In this document: positions 28,879-39,265 of the stretch, in pieces
Layout of the letters: the number at the start of each line of letters is the position of its first letter
Numbering within the stretch: position 1 is the stretch's first letter
Source: Pseudomonadales bacterium
Lineage (GTDB): Bacteria; Pseudomonadota; Gammaproteobacteria; Pseudomonadales; UBA7434
NCBI GenBank assembly: GCA_013043705.1
Contig: JABDNS010000049.1
Span: 1-55,992, forward strand
DNA length: 55,992 nt
Reading direction: 5' to 3'
Program-made: the position numbers and the translations under genes
The notes under the pieces: generated by a model
The model's database searches: none
What the model saw: the letters and a program-made list of their open reading frames with translations, nothing else
What the model was told of the DNA's origin: nothing

Positions 28879-30293
28879 TGCTGGAATATTTTGAACGCGT
28901 AGCGACAAAGCAATGGCAGTTGCCGCAGCTGCAGGCTGAGGGCCAGGTAACCCGGGTGGTTGGCATTACGCTGGAAGCGCGTGGCATTAATGCCGAGCTA
29001 GGCAGCCGTTGCCTGGTGCAGCGCCCGAAGGGCAAGCCTGCCGAAGTTGAAGTAGTTGGTTTTGATGGCAGCTGCACTTTTCTGATGCCGCTGCATCGCA
29101 TTGATCGCCTGCGCCCCGGTGCGCGCGTGGTACCTATCGCCACAGATACGCAAGTGCCTGTTGGCGAGGCACTGCTGGGTCGGGTTGTCGACGGCATCGG
29201 CGTGCCACTCGACGACGCTGGTGCGTTGCGAGGTGCCAGCCTTGTCGATTTTTTTCCGCACCCTATCAACCCGCTGCAGCGCGAGCCAATTACCCAACAG
29301 CTGGATGTGGGCATCCGCTCGATTAATGCGGCACTGAGTATCGGCTGCGGCCAGCGCATGGGTTTATTTGCCGGTAGTGGCGTGGGTAAGAGTGTTTTGC
29401 TTGGCATGATGACGCGTTTTACCAATGCGGATGTGGTGGTGGTTGCACTGGTTGGCGAGCGCGGTCGTGAAGTGCGTGAATTCATTGAAACCAGCCTTGG
29501 CCCCGCCGGTTTGCAAAAGTCGATTGTGGTAGCCGCACCCGCCGACGAAACGCCGGTAATGCGGCTGCGTGCTGGCCTGTATGCATCGCGTATCGCCGAG
29601 CACTTTCGCGATCGCGGCAAGCGTGTGTTGCTGTTGTTTGATTCGCTCACCCGCTACGCCCAGGCGCAGCGAGAAATTGCGTTGGCCACCGGCGAGCCGC
29701 CAGCCACGCGCGGCTACCCGCCATCGGTTTTTTCGCGCCTGCCACAGTTGGTCGAGCGCGCTGGCAATGGCGCCGGCAACGGTGGCTCGATTACCGGCTT
29801 GTACACGGTGCTAACCGAGGGGGACGATATGAACGACCCGGTAGCCGATGCGGCGCGCGCCATTCTGGACGGCCACGTTGTATTGTCACGCGAGCTCGCT
29901 GCGCAGGGTATTTATCCGGCCGTTGATTTGCGTGCTTCGGTAAGCCGTGCCATGCAGCAAATCGTCAGTGGCGTGCAGTGGAGTATGAGCGCGCGCCTGG
30001 TCCAGCTTGTTGCACGCTATGCTCAGAGTGAAGACCTGGTTAGCGTGGGTGCGTACACGCGCGGGATGGATCCGCTTACCGATGAAGCAATTGACAAGCA
30101 GCCAGCTATTCGCGCATTCCTGAGCCAGGCCCTGGATGACGCGGTTGATGTCAGCGAGAGTTTAACTGCACTGGAGCAGGTCGTGAATGAAGCGCCGCAA
30201 GCACCCGCTGAGGCCGGAATTGAGCAGGCGGCTGAAACTGCCGACCCGGCGCGTCTTGTCGCGCCGGGTACCGCGCCCGTAGCGGCGGATTAA
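28875..30293 (+). CDS. fliI: Flagellum-specific export ATPase
   Basis: GSGVGKS, GERGREV, DSLTRYAQAQREI, GEPP..RGYPPS. Confidence 0.97.
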   Translation: MMLEYFERVATKQWQLPQLQAEGQVTRVVGITLEARGINAELGSRCLVQRPKGKPAEVEVVGFDGSCTFLMPLHRIDRLRPGARVVPIATDTQVPVGEALLGRVVDGIGVPLDDAGALRGASLVDFFPHPINPLQREPITQQLDVGIRSINAALSIGCGQRMGLFAGSGVGKSVLLGMMTRFTNADVVVVALVGERGREVREFIETSLGPAGLQKSIVVAAPADETPVMRLRAGLYASRIAEHFRDRGKRVLLLFDSLTRYAQAQREIALATGEPPATRGYPPSVFSRLPQLVERAGNGAGNGGSITGLYTVLTEGDDMNDPVADAARAILDGHVVLSRELAAQGIYPAVDLRASVSRAMQQIVSGVQWSMSARLVQLVARYAQSEDLVSVGAYTRGMDPLTDEAIDKQPAIRAFLSQALDDAVDVSESLTALEQVVNEAPQAPAEAGIEQAAETADPARLVAPGTAPVAAD

Positions 30294-30299
30294 ACCGCA

Positions 30300-30767
30300 A
30301 TGACGCGCAAACGCTCAGATCGATTAGCAGTCGTAGTTCGCCTTGCACAGCTCAAAGAGCAGCGCGAGCGTGTGAATTTTAGTGCCGCGCGTGAAGCGCA
30401 CGCGCAGCAACGCAAGTTGTGCACGCAGCTTGAGCAGTATCTCGATGAATACCAGTTGCTCAATGCAGCAGGCCAAACTACGGTTGCCACGCTTTCTGCT
30501 TTGCGAAATGGCTCACAATTTGTTGCGCAACTCAGTGCATCGATCGAGCAGCAACAGCAGCAGGCGGCGCTGTCGCTAGCGCGCATGCAAGAGGCTCGCA
30601 AAGCCTGGGAGATCGAGATGGCCAAGCTGGATTCGCTTTCTTCACTGCTCGAACGCAGTCGCAACGAAGAAAATCGTGAACTGGAGCACAAAGCCGACCG
30701 CGAAGCGGTTGATATTTGGCAAGCGGCCAGCACTGGGGCTGCGCTTCGCCGCGCGCGCCGGGGCTAG
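30300..30767 (+). CDS. fliJ: Flagellar export protein
   Basis: 155-aa coiled coil directly after fliI; RS.RL..V, QL..Y..EY, F..QL...I.QQ. Confidence 0.85.
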   Translation: MTRKRSDRLAVVVRLAQLKEQRERVNFSAAREAHAQQRKLCTQLEQYLDEYQLLNAAGQTTVATLSALRNGSQFVAQLSASIEQQQQQAALSLARMQEARKAWEIEMAKLDSLSSLLERSRNEENRELEHKADREAVDIWQAASTGAALRRARRG

Positions 30768-30970
30768 TATTGCGCCGCTCTGGCGCTACTTTGAAGCAAC
30801 GCGCCGCTTTTTACCCTCTGTTTTCCAGATGCCGCCGCTCTGGCAGATCAAATTTTCTCTACTAGACTTCAGAATGTTGAGTCGCCTTTCAGGTAGACAA
30901 ACTCATTCATATCAACAACGAGAAAAGCGAGCGATATGCGCGCGCGCAAGCGAAGGCCGGAGCCCAAAAC

Positions 30971-31276
30971 ATGAGTATTTCAGCGAAGCTATCGGATTCG
31001 TCCAATGAGCTGGTAATCCAGGTTGCGGGACGCTTTGACTTCAGTGCGCACCAGGATTTTCGCAGCGCGTATGAAGACCTGGAAAACACGCCGCAAAGCT
31101 ACGCGGTGGATATGGCGCAAACGACCTACCTGGATAGCTCTGCGCTCGGCATGCTGCTATTGTTGCGCGATCATGCCGGTGGCGATGACGCCAGCATCCG
31201 CTTGATTAATTGCAATGATGACGTAAGAAAAATATTGGTGATTTCCAACTTCGGTCGCCTTTTCACGATTCAATAG
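30971..31276 (+). CDS. hsbA: STAS-domain anti-sigma factor antagonist (HsbA-like)
   Basis: GRFDF, YLDSSALGMLLLLR with the phosphorylatable Ser. fliJ-hsbA-hsbR-hptB-fliK order. Confidence 0.85.
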   Translation: MSISAKLSDSSNELVIQVAGRFDFSAHQDFRSAYEDLENTPQSYAVDMAQTTYLDSSALGMLLLLRDHAGGDDASIRLINCNDDVRKILVISNFGRLFTIQ

Positions 31277-31370
31277 TTCTTACAGGGCGAGCCCGTTTTT
31301 CGCCTCTGTGCAAGCATAATATTGGCACTGCGATGCAGCTTGCACTTCAAACCCTACCTCTAGTTTTTCT

Positions 31371-33191
31371 ATGATGGCCCAGGAGCCAGGTATAGTTATG
31401 TCCGCAATTGAGCCAATGCCGGTTAAATGCCTTCGATTGATTTCCTTGCTAAAGCCAGAGCAGCGTGACCATCATATGCAGCGCGCGCTTGATTTGTTGC
31501 AGTCCGAGAAATGCGATATCTCGAGTATCTCGCGTGAGCGCGGCGTTGCTACCACGGTAGATCATGTGAGTTGCCAGGACTTCGCTATGTTGCAAAGCGA
31601 GTTGCAAGTGTTGCCGGATGCCTTGCCTAACCTGCTACTGCTTAGCGTTGCGCTGCTCGGTGAAAATGTATCTGCAGCGCTTGCTGCTTTGCGCGAAGCT
31701 TTCCAGGAAAGGTATATACCGATTGTCATTGTTGGTGAGGAATCGGATGCTGCCCAAATTGGTAGCGCGATGGAAAGCGGTGCAAACGACTTTGTTATGT
31801 TGCCCACCGATCCAAAACTGATTAAGTCCAAACTTCAAGCCCAGCTCAAGGTTGGCAGCATGCATGCGATTATGTCGCAGCAGCATCGCGAAATTAGCAA
31901 CAACCACCAACATATCCTGCGCGAACAGCAAATGGCGAAGGAGGTGTTTAACAAGGTTGCCCACGATTCTGCAGAGTTGGCCAACGTGCGCCACTGGCTT
32001 TCACCGATCGCGGTTTTCAATGGCGATATTCTGCTGGCAACGCCCACGCCGAGTGGGTCGCTACTGGTTTTGATGGGTGACTTTACCGGCCATGGTCTTG
32101 GCGCCGCAATTGGCACTATTCCGCTGGCCTCTACGTTTTACGGCATGGCGAGTAAGGGTTTTGCCATGTACGACATCATTACCGAGCTCAATAGCAAGTT
32201 GCATGCGCTGCTGCCTACAGGGGTGTTTTGTTGTGCCTGTGTTGCGCAGATTAATTTCCAGGATGGTGTTGCCGAAGTATGGAATGCCGGTTTGCCCGAT
32301 TGTTATATCCTGCGCCAGAACAGTGAGCTGCTGGAAATAAACTCCTCTGCGTTGGCGCTGGGTATCATGGGTTCAGATGCGTTTGCTATAGAAAGTAAAC
32401 GCTATAACCTGGAACAGGGCGACAGGATCTATTTGCTATCCGATGGTTTGTTGGAAACCGAGAACACGGCGGGCGAACAATACGGCGAATTGCGCTTGCA
32501 AAAGGCACTCACCAGCACTACCCAAAACCACGTGCAAGCCCCGGCGCAAAGCGCGGCGGGCCTGGAATCGATCAAACAGGATGTATTGGAATTTATCGGT
32601 GAGCATTGCCGGGCGGACGATATTTCGCTGGTAGAAATTGAAATGGTCAGCGCCGAGCAGTTTGAATCATTTTATGACAAGACCACCAAGCACAAAGTGC
32701 AACAGCCGGTATCCTGGAGCCTGCAGTATGAGTTCCGGGCCGAGTCGCTGCGGCACCAGGATCCTGTACCGCTGGTTTTACACAGCTTGCTCGAGGAGCC
32801 GAATTTGCGTCAGTACTCGGGGCAACTTTTTTCAATTATTAGCGAGCTCTATAATAATGCGCTCGACCACGGCCTGTTGCAGCTGTCTTCATCGATCAAG
32901 CAGCAGGAGCAGGGCTTCGCGCGCTATTACGATATGCGCCAGCGTCGTTTGCAGGAACTGGACAGCGGCAATGTACGATTTGAGCTGGACTACCGGGCCA
33001 CCAGTGATAGCGGCGCGCTAACCGTTGAGGTGATCGATAGCGGGCCAGGTTTTGACTACAAAGCCAAGCAATCGGCCGATAAGGGCGGCGATGTATTGCA
33101 TGGCCGTGGCATTGCATTGCTGCGCACCATTTGTCGCAAAGTCGAATACCAGGGCAGCGGAAATCACGTTCGGGTCGAGTACGGCTGGTAG
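31371..33191 (+). CDS. hsbR: HsbR-like protein: degenerate receiver, PP2C (SpoIIE) phosphatase and anti-sigma kinase (HATPase_c)
   Basis: FNGD, GDFTGHG, SDG and DDIS PP2C motifs. ELYNNALDHG, DSGPGF and GRG kinase motifs. Confidence 0.82.
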   Translation: MMAQEPGIVMSAIEPMPVKCLRLISLLKPEQRDHHMQRALDLLQSEKCDISSISRERGVATTVDHVSCQDFAMLQSELQVLPDALPNLLLLSVALLGENVSAALAALREAFQERYIPIVIVGEESDAAQIGSAMESGANDFVMLPTDPKLIKSKLQAQLKVGSMHAIMSQQHREISNNHQHILREQQMAKEVFNKVAHDSAELANVRHWLSPIAVFNGDILLATPTPSGSLLVLMGDFTGHGLGAAIGTIPLASTFYGMASKGFAMYDIITELNSKLHALLPTGVFCCACVAQINFQDGVAEVWNAGLPDCYILRQNSELLEINSSALALGIMGSDAFAIESKRYNLEQGDRIYLLSDGLLETENTAGEQYGELRLQKALTSTTQNHVQAPAQSAAGLESIKQDVLEFIGEHCRADDISLVEIEMVSAEQFESFYDKTTKHKVQQPVSWSLQYEFRAESLRHQDPVPLVLHSLLEEPNLRQYSGQLFSIISELYNNALDHGLLQLSSSIKQQEQGFARYYDMRQRRLQELDSGNVRFELDYRATSDSGALTVEVIDSGPGFDYKAKQSADKGGDVLHGRGIALLRTICRKVEYQGSGNHVRVEYGW

Positions 33192-33302
33192 CCAGCATAG
33201 CGCGCTTCTCACGGTACTTTGCAAGGAGCAGGCACCTGCGTGTACTGGGCTCTGGTGGTATCATCACAGTATGACAACTGCAAAGCTGCGCAGGGACGCA
33301 AT

Positions 33303-33650
33303 ATGATCGAAGCAGAGGACGCGGTAAATTACGATGCACTGGGTGCGCTGCGCTCGGTGCTTGGGCTGGAGTTTGCGGACTTGATTCGCGACTTTAACGA
33401 GCAAATGGCTACCGGCCTGGCGCGCATGGAATTTGCGCTGGCGCAGCAGGATAGCGCGCGCATCCGCTCAATTGCACATACCTTGAAAGGCTCAGCGCTA
33501 AGCTTGCATTGCAAGCCACTCGCCGACTGCTGCGCACGCGTCGAGCGCGGTGCCGACCAATTGGCTGTTGGCAACGAAGGTAGCTTGTTGGAGGACTTGC
33601 GCGACAGTGTGCGCGCTACCGTTCGCGCCATCGACGATTGGATAGGTTAA
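33303..33650 (+). CDS. hptB: Hpt phosphotransfer protein (HptB-like)
   Basis: AHTLKGSA motif. Synteny. Confidence 0.8.
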   Translation: MIEAEDAVNYDALGALRSVLGLEFADLIRDFNEQMATGLARMEFALAQQDSARIRSIAHTLKGSALSLHCKPLADCCARVERGADQLAVGNEGSLLEDLRDSVRATVRAIDDWIG

Positions 33651-33670
33651 AACACTTCACTGGCCAAAGT

Positions 33671-33686
33671 TGGCACCCTCTTCGCA
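33671..33686 (+). promoter_or_regulatory. Sigma54 promoter for fliK
   Basis: TGGCACCCTCTTCGCA (GG-N10-GC), about 50 nt before the ATG. Confidence 0.75.
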
Positions 33687-33735
33687 ATAGAATCCCGTAA
33701 TTCAATCGAAACCGTCATTGCGGTGGGATTCCAGC

Positions 33736-35502
33736 ATGTTGCAAAACTTACTTGGATTGTCTGTGTCGGGCCTTGCGTTGCCAGCCGACGGAGGTGATGG
33801 CGCTACGCGCGAACCGCTGCCGGGTTTAGGTTCTGGCTCAGATTCCTTCGATAACTTATTGAAAAATAATAACTCTTTTGAAGTTGCCGATCAGGGCGTG
33901 GCATCTGGCTCGCCAATTGCGGCCGACCAGCCACAAGCCGCAGTACTCGCGGGTGAGCGGCTTGCGCAGCTGCAACTGGCGCTGCAAGAGCTTGCGCAGG
34001 CACTGCAAGCGAATGGCAGGCTACTGCCGCAGTCCGGCAGCGATTTGCCACAAGCGTTGCCGCATCTGGAGGCGATTGCCGCCGAACTGGGCGAGCTTGC
34101 AGATTTGGTTACAGCGTCGCCGCCTGGTGTGTTGCCGCTGCAGCGCGTGCAGGCCTTGGTCGCCGATTTGCGCAATTTGCTGCCGGAGCTGGTTGCAGCG
34201 AATGCCGGGGCCAGCCAGGATACTGCGCTGGCCGGCTTGTTGCCGACGGCTGGACCGGGTTTGGACGCAAGCACAGGCGATGATTCACTTGCCTCCCGTG
34301 GGGTCGGTTTGCTTGCGGTCGATGTGTTAAAAAATCCTGCCTTGTCAGGCGCTGTGGTTTTGCCCGCGTTGGTGGGAACAGAGTTAATAACAGAAGGCAA
34401 GCCAACCCAAGTCAAACAGCCGCAAGTATTCCAACCACTGGGCAATGCCATTGAGCGCTTGGCCGCGGCGCTAAGTGCGCACACGCAATCTTTAAAAGGA
34501 CCTTTGCAGGCAGCTTCATCGACGGCGGCTGCGATATTGCAGCCTGGCGGTCGACCGGAAAATGCCGGGGGCAATGCTGGCGGCACTGCTGCTGCGCTTG
34601 GTATGGCTGCGCTGAAACCTGGCCTGGCCAACTTACCCGATGGGGCTGCGCTTACCGCGGCATCGACGCCCCCTGCGACGACGGCGAGCCAGGCGATTGC
34701 AAAGCAACTACCTGGCCTTGGTGTTGCGCTGCAGGCAACACCCGCTGGCTTGCGAGCACCGGGTTCGATGCCTGTTGGTACGACAAGTTTGCATGAAGCT
34801 TTTACTGTTAGCGCAAATGCTAACGGCAGCGCTGCAAACTTTGCGGCGCTATTGGCCTCCGGTGGCCCGGTAGCCGATGCCTCCTTGCTCGCGGCTTTAG
34901 CCGCTGCACAGGAAGCCGGCGCAGGGCCCGCGCCGCTTGCGGCATCAGCTTTGGGCTTTGCTATAGGTGCCTCGCAAGCCGCGCCGCCTATGCCAATGGC
35001 ATCGATCTTCAGTACGGAAGTAGCCTTACCCGTGCTGAGCAGTCACTGGGGCCAGCAGCTTACGCAGCGCCTCGGCTGGTTGGCCGGGCAGGGTATTCAT
35101 TCCGCAGAGATACAATTGAACCCGCCCGAGCTGGGGCCTATCCAGGTGCGGATCGATAGCGCTGAAAACGCAGCGCGGGTAACCATTTCTGTGCATAGCT
35201 CGGTAACACGCGAAGCGATGGAGGCTCAAATTCCGCGTCTGCGTGATTTGTTTGCCGAGCAGGGCCTGGACCTGGTTGACGTCGATGTAGGCAGTGGTGC
35301 CTTTGCCGACGACCGGCAAGCTGGTGAAATGCTGTCCGAGGATGGTGAGCAGGGCCGGCAAGAGGGGCAGGATGGTGATGAAAGCATAGTGGCCGGTGAA
35401 GAATTGGCCGCAACGGCGCGCTCGCAGCCGCCTGCACAAGCTACAGAATCGGGCGCTTTGCAGCACATCGTGTTGCATTACTCGGTAGACGCCTACGCTT
35501 AG
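33736..35502 (+). CDS. fliK: Flagellar hook-length control protein
   Basis: Long Ala/Pro/Gly-rich N-region. C-domain W...L..R, AEIQLNPPELGPIQV, REAME..IPRLR..F.EQGL, VDAYA end. Confidence 0.93.
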   Translation: MLQNLLGLSVSGLALPADGGDGATREPLPGLGSGSDSFDNLLKNNNSFEVADQGVASGSPIAADQPQAAVLAGERLAQLQLALQELAQALQANGRLLPQSGSDLPQALPHLEAIAAELGELADLVTASPPGVLPLQRVQALVADLRNLLPELVAANAGASQDTALAGLLPTAGPGLDASTGDDSLASRGVGLLAVDVLKNPALSGAVVLPALVGTELITEGKPTQVKQPQVFQPLGNAIERLAAALSAHTQSLKGPLQAASSTAAAILQPGGRPENAGGNAGGTAAALGMAALKPGLANLPDGAALTAASTPPATTASQAIAKQLPGLGVALQATPAGLRAPGSMPVGTTSLHEAFTVSANANGSAANFAALLASGGPVADASLLAALAAAQEAGAGPAPLAASALGFAIGASQAAPPMPMASIFSTEVALPVLSSHWGQQLTQRLGWLAGQGIHSAEIQLNPPELGPIQVRIDSAENAARVTISVHSSVTREAMEAQIPRLRDLFAEQGLDLVDVDVGSGAFADDRQAGEMLSEDGEQGRQEGQDGDESIVAGEELAATARSQPPAQATESGALQHIVLHYSVDAYA

Positions 35503-35665
35503 CGAGCACAATTCCCGGCGCAGCAGCGCCTCGCCAACTTAAATCGGTAATTCTGGCCACTTTCGAGGCCACAAGCGACACGCTGTGCCGATCTCCTTTA
35601 GACTTTTACTGGCAAGTTTTGCAGCGAGGCCGCAGTGGCTTCGCTAGCCTGCGTTGGCAGTTTGC

Positions 35666-35681
35666 TGGCACAGGACTTGCT
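35666..35681 (+). promoter_or_regulatory. Sigma54 promoter for fliL-R
   Basis: TGGCACAGGACTTGCT, essentially consensus -24/-12. Confidence 0.85.
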
Positions 35682-35718
35682 TCTCCCATTAATTGACAAA
35701 AAGCGACGGTTTATTGGC

Positions 35719-36201
35719 ATGGCAAACGAAGAGGTCGGCGAAGGCGAAGAGCAGAAGAAAAAATCACCGCTACTGCTATTCATTATCCTTGCGGTCGTGT
35801 TGGTGGCAGGTTCAATTGGCGGCACTGTTTTGATGATGAGCGGTGGCGGCGAAGAAGAGCTTGCTGAGGAAGAGCTTGAGCCGGCGGCGATTTACTATGC
35901 CATTAACCCGAAGTTCCAAACCAACTACGATGTGAACGGCCGCCCAAGGTTATTCCAATTGGCGGTTTCGCTGGTTACTCGCGAGGATGATGTAGTTGAG
36001 GCTCTGAGCACACACCTGCCCACGATCAAGAGTCGTTTGGTTATTTTATTGAGCGGGCAAAAATTCGAAACGCTGCAAACGCCGGAAGGGCGCGAGCAGT
36101 TGCGCGAACAAAGCCTGGCAGCAGTACAGGAAATTTTGAACACCGAAATCGGTAAGCCTGGTGTTGAGAGAGTTTTGTTTACTGATTTTGTTATGCAATA
36201 A
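35719..36201 (+). CDS. fliL: Flagellar basal body-associated protein
   Basis: KKK then a TM helix; H.P.I..RL, L.T.EG.E.LR, VLFTDFVMQ. Confidence 0.94.
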   Translation: MANEEVGEGEEQKKKSPLLLFIILAVVLVAGSIGGTVLMMSGGGEEELAEEELEPAAIYYAINPKFQTNYDVNGRPRLFQLAVSLVTREDDVVEALSTHLPTIKSRLVILLSGQKFETLQTPEGREQLREQSLAAVQEILNTEIGKPGVERVLFTDFVMQ

Positions 36202-36306
36202 GCTGCGATGAAAAAAGTAGCTAAGCGTTGTGCGCTTCGTTTGGCGTGACTGGATTGTTGTTTTGCACTAGTTTATTTTTCTTTCCCGCATTTAAGGTAT
36301 GGCTGC

Positions 36307-37293
36307 GTGGCTGACGAAGTATTGTCCCAGGAAGAAATCGATGCGCTGCTCAGCGGCGTCGATGAGGGTGATATCGATACCAGCGAAGATGGTTTCGACG
36401 CAGCGGGTGACTTTTCTTCTTACGACCTAACCTCTCAAGACCGAATTGTGCGCGGGCGCATGCCCACGCTGGAACTTATCAACGAGCGTTTTGCCCGCCA
36501 TTTACGCGTTAGCCTTTTCAACCTGTTGCGGCGCAGCGCTGACGTTCGGGTGGGCGGCTTGCAGGTGCACAAATTTGCTGAATACTCGCAAAGCCTGGAG
36601 ATGCCAACCAGCCTGAACACAGTGCGCATCCAGCCCTTGCGCGGCGTAAGCCTTTTTTCGTTGCAGGCACAGCTGGTATTTCGGCTGGTTGATTGTTTTT
36701 TCGGTGGCGACGGCATCAACGCAAAAGTCGAAGGTAGAGAATTTACGCCCACCGAGTTGCGCGTGGTGGAAATGTTCCTGGGCCAGGTTTTCAAAGATAT
36801 GGAAGAGGCATGGAAGCCATTGGTGGCGGTCCAGTTCGAGTCGGTGGGTGCCGAAATCAATCCCGCGATGGCGAATATTGTAAGCCCGGGTGAAGCAATT
36901 ATTGTCTCGGTGTTCCACATTGAAGTCGATGGCAATGGCGGCGACTTTCACGTAGCTATACCGTACTCGATGATTGAGCCAATAAAGGACGTTCTCGACT
37001 CCGGCATGACCGGGGAATCGACAGAGGTCGACGAACGCTGGCGCGGTGCATTGCGCCGCGACATTCTCAGGGCCAACGTCGACCTGGAATGCACAGTCGT
37101 CGAGCGAGATATGCCGCTGCGCGAAGTAATAGACCTGGAAGAGGGCGACATTATTTCGGTAGACATACCGGACGTACTGGTACTAAGGGCGAACGGTGTG
37201 CCGGTTTTTAAAACGCGCATGGGTACATCAAGGGGCAACCTGGCGCTGGAAATTATAGAGCGAACAGGTATAGACCAGATAGACAACCTGTAA
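36307..37293 (+). CDS. fliM: Flagellar motor switch protein
   Basis: LSQEEIDALL, RGRMPTLE.INERFAR, FFGGDG, EGREFT.TE. Confidence 0.97.
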   Translation: MADEVLSQEEIDALLSGVDEGDIDTSEDGFDAAGDFSSYDLTSQDRIVRGRMPTLELINERFARHLRVSLFNLLRRSADVRVGGLQVHKFAEYSQSLEMPTSLNTVRIQPLRGVSLFSLQAQLVFRLVDCFFGGDGINAKVEGREFTPTELRVVEMFLGQVFKDMEEAWKPLVAVQFESVGAEINPAMANIVSPGEAIIVSVFHIEVDGNGGDFHVAIPYSMIEPIKDVLDSGMTGESTEVDERWRGALRRDILRANVDLECTVVERDMPLREVIDLEEGDIISVDIPDVLVLRANGVPVFKTRMGTSRGNLALEIIERTGIDQIDNL

Positions 37294-37326
37294 TGCTTAA
37301 CCGAAACACGGGAGCGGGGCAATAAA

Positions 37327-37680
37327 ATGAGTGAAGAACAGGCACAAGACGGCGCGGCAGACGCGCAGGCTGCTGCGCTCGACGAACTCTCCTCCACAGC
37401 GGCGAGCGGGTCTGAATCCAACCCGGATCTTGAGGTTGTATTGGATATCCCGGTAAAGATCGCGATGGAGGTGGGTGCGACCCAGATTTCAATTCGCAAC
37501 TTGCTGCAACTTAACCAGGGCTCGGTTATTGAGCTGGACAGGCTTGCCGGTGAGCCACTCGACGTCACGGTTAACGGCACCTTGATTGCGCATGGTGAAG
37601 TGGTGGTGGTAAACGAAAAATTTGGCATTCGCGTAACCGATGTCATCAGCCCTTCAGAGCGCATAAAAAGGCTGAAATGA
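37327..37680 (+). CDS. fliN: Flagellar motor switch protein
   Basis: LDIPV, GSVIELDRLAGEPLD, GEVVVVNEKFGIR. Confidence 0.97.
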   Translation: MSEEQAQDGAADAQAAALDELSSTAASGSESNPDLEVVLDIPVKIAMEVGATQISIRNLLQLNQGSVIELDRLAGEPLDVTVNGTLIAHGEVVVVNEKFGIRVTDVISPSERIKRLK

Positions 37681-38093
37681 AAACCGGTTTAGGGCGCCGC
37701 CGTGCACCGCTTGCACTACTAGCTTTCAGCGCTAGCCCTTTTGCGCTGGCGGCAGACGAAAAGGTGGGTTTGATTACCGCTAGTACAGTCCTGCAATTAA
37801 TTTTAAGCCTGGCTTTGATCGTAGCGCTGATTTTTGCGCTCGGCTGGTATGCGCGTCGTATACAGGGCTTTAGTGGCGGTAAGCAGGGTGACTTACAAGT
37901 GCTGGCAGCAACGCCAGTAGGTGCGAAGGAGCGCGTGGTGCTGCTTAGGGTAGGCGAAGATAAAATATTGCTGGGGGTGGCACCCGGCAGTGTGCGCATG
38001 CTTGGGCGTTTTCCACTGCGTGCAGGAGATTTGGCAGCGGAAAAAAAATTTTCCGAGTTGCTGAATAGCGCCGACCAACAGCATGCGGGTTAA
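37677..38093 (+). CDS. fliO: Flagellar biosynthetic protein
   Basis: TM helix, then G.KERVVL..VG...LLGV. Confidence 0.92.
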   Translation: MKTGLGRRRAPLALLAFSASPFALAADEKVGLITASTVLQLILSLALIVALIFALGWYARRIQGFSGGKQGDLQVLAATPVGAKERVVLLRVGEDKILLGVAPGSVRMLGRFPLRAGDLAAEKKFSELLNSADQQHAG

Positions 38094-38940
38094 CTTGTTC
38101 CACCGTGTGGGCAATTCGCGCAGGTCACAACCGGCCCTGTTGTGTTTGGCTGTGCTCGCGGTTTGTCTCTTACTTATTGCCGCGCCGGGCTTTGCCCAGC
38201 AGCCGGATGAAACTGCGGCCGCCGGGCTAGAGCAGGGCGCGCTGCCCACGCTGGCCTCTGGCCCCGGGTTTCCTGTGCTGAGCACATCGCCGCGCGGTGA
38301 CGGTGGCCAGGATTACAGCGTAACTATCCAGTTGCTTGCGTTGATGACGGCGCTCACGCTGTTGCCGTCATTTTTACTGATGTTAACTTCTTTTACGCGC
38401 ATCATTATTGTCTTTGCAATATTGCGGCAAGCGCTGGGTTTGCAGCAAACACCCTCCAACCAAATTTTGCTTGGCCTGGCCCTGTTTCTAACGCTATTTA
38501 TCATGCGCCCTGTGTTTGAAATTGTTTACGCCGACGCTCTGCAGCCGTATATGCAAGAGCAGATAACTTCGTCAGAGGCAGTGCAAGCAGCCGCTAGCCC
38601 GGTGCATGAATTTATGCGAGCGCAAACGCGCGAGAGCGATATCGAGCTATTTACAAGAATTAGTAAATCGCCCGCTGTCAGCGACCCTGCAGATATTTCT
38701 TTTTTTGTGCTTGCGCCAGCATTTATTACCAGTGAGCTCAAAACCGCGTTTCAAATAGGTTTTCTGCTTTTTGTACCCTTTCTGGTTATCGATTTGGTGG
38801 TTGCCAGTGTATTGATGGCAATGGGTATGGTTATGTTGTCACCTATTATTATTTCGCTGCCTTTTAAAATAATGCTTTTTGTGTTGGTCGATGGCTGGGC
38901 CATGGTTATCGGCAGTCTGGCGGCGAGTTATGGCATTTAG
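38083..38940 (+). CDS. fliP: Flagellar export pore protein
   Basis: [52 protein letters not shown]. Confidence 0.97.
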   Translation: MRVNLFHRVGNSRRSQPALLCLAVLAVCLLLIAAPGFAQQPDETAAAGLEQGALPTLASGPGFPVLSTSPRGDGGQDYSVTIQLLALMTALTLLPSFLLMLTSFTRIIIVFAILRQALGLQQTPSNQILLGLALFLTLFIMRPVFEIVYADALQPYMQEQITSSEAVQAAASPVHEFMRAQTRESDIELFTRISKSPAVSDPADISFFVLAPAFITSELKTAFQIGFLLFVPFLVIDLVVASVLMAMGMVMLSPIIISLPFKIMLFVLVDGWAMVIGSLAASYGI

Positions 38941-38973
38941 CGACATGCCGTATCGAGCGCAGGAGGGCTTGCG

Positions 38974-39243
38974 ATGAGCCCGGAGATGCTGGCGGAAATA
39001 TTTGGCCGCGCGCTGTTTTTGGTGGTTATTCTGGTTGCCGCAATTATTTTACCGAGCTTGTTGGTTGGGTTGCTGGTTAGTGTGTTCCAGGCCGCAACAC
39101 AAATTAACGAGCAAACCCTGAGTTTTTTGCCAAGGCTATTAGCCACGCTAATTACCGTATTGCTGTTAGGCCCGTGGATATTGCAGGAATTGCTCGATAT
39201 GTCGCGTTATGTCTTCGAAGCTGCATCCATGGTTACGCAGTAG
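38974..39243 (+). CDS. fliQ: Flagellar export protein
   Basis: VSVFQAATQINEQTLSFLPRL. Confidence 0.97.
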   Translation: MSPEMLAEIFGRALFLVVILVAAIILPSLLVGLLVSVFQAATQINEQTLSFLPRLLATLITVLLLGPWILQELLDMSRYVFEAASMVTQ

Positions 39244-39265
39244 CAAGTTCGGTGCAAGTAAATCA

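Noticed and set aside
30912-30937. Sigma28-like promoter upstream of hsbA (TCAA..AGCGATAT)
   Set aside because: Spacer is 14 nt and the -10 is mismatched.
31323-31336. Sigma54-like TGGCAC site before hsbR
   Set aside because: Spacing is GG-N9-GC, not N10.
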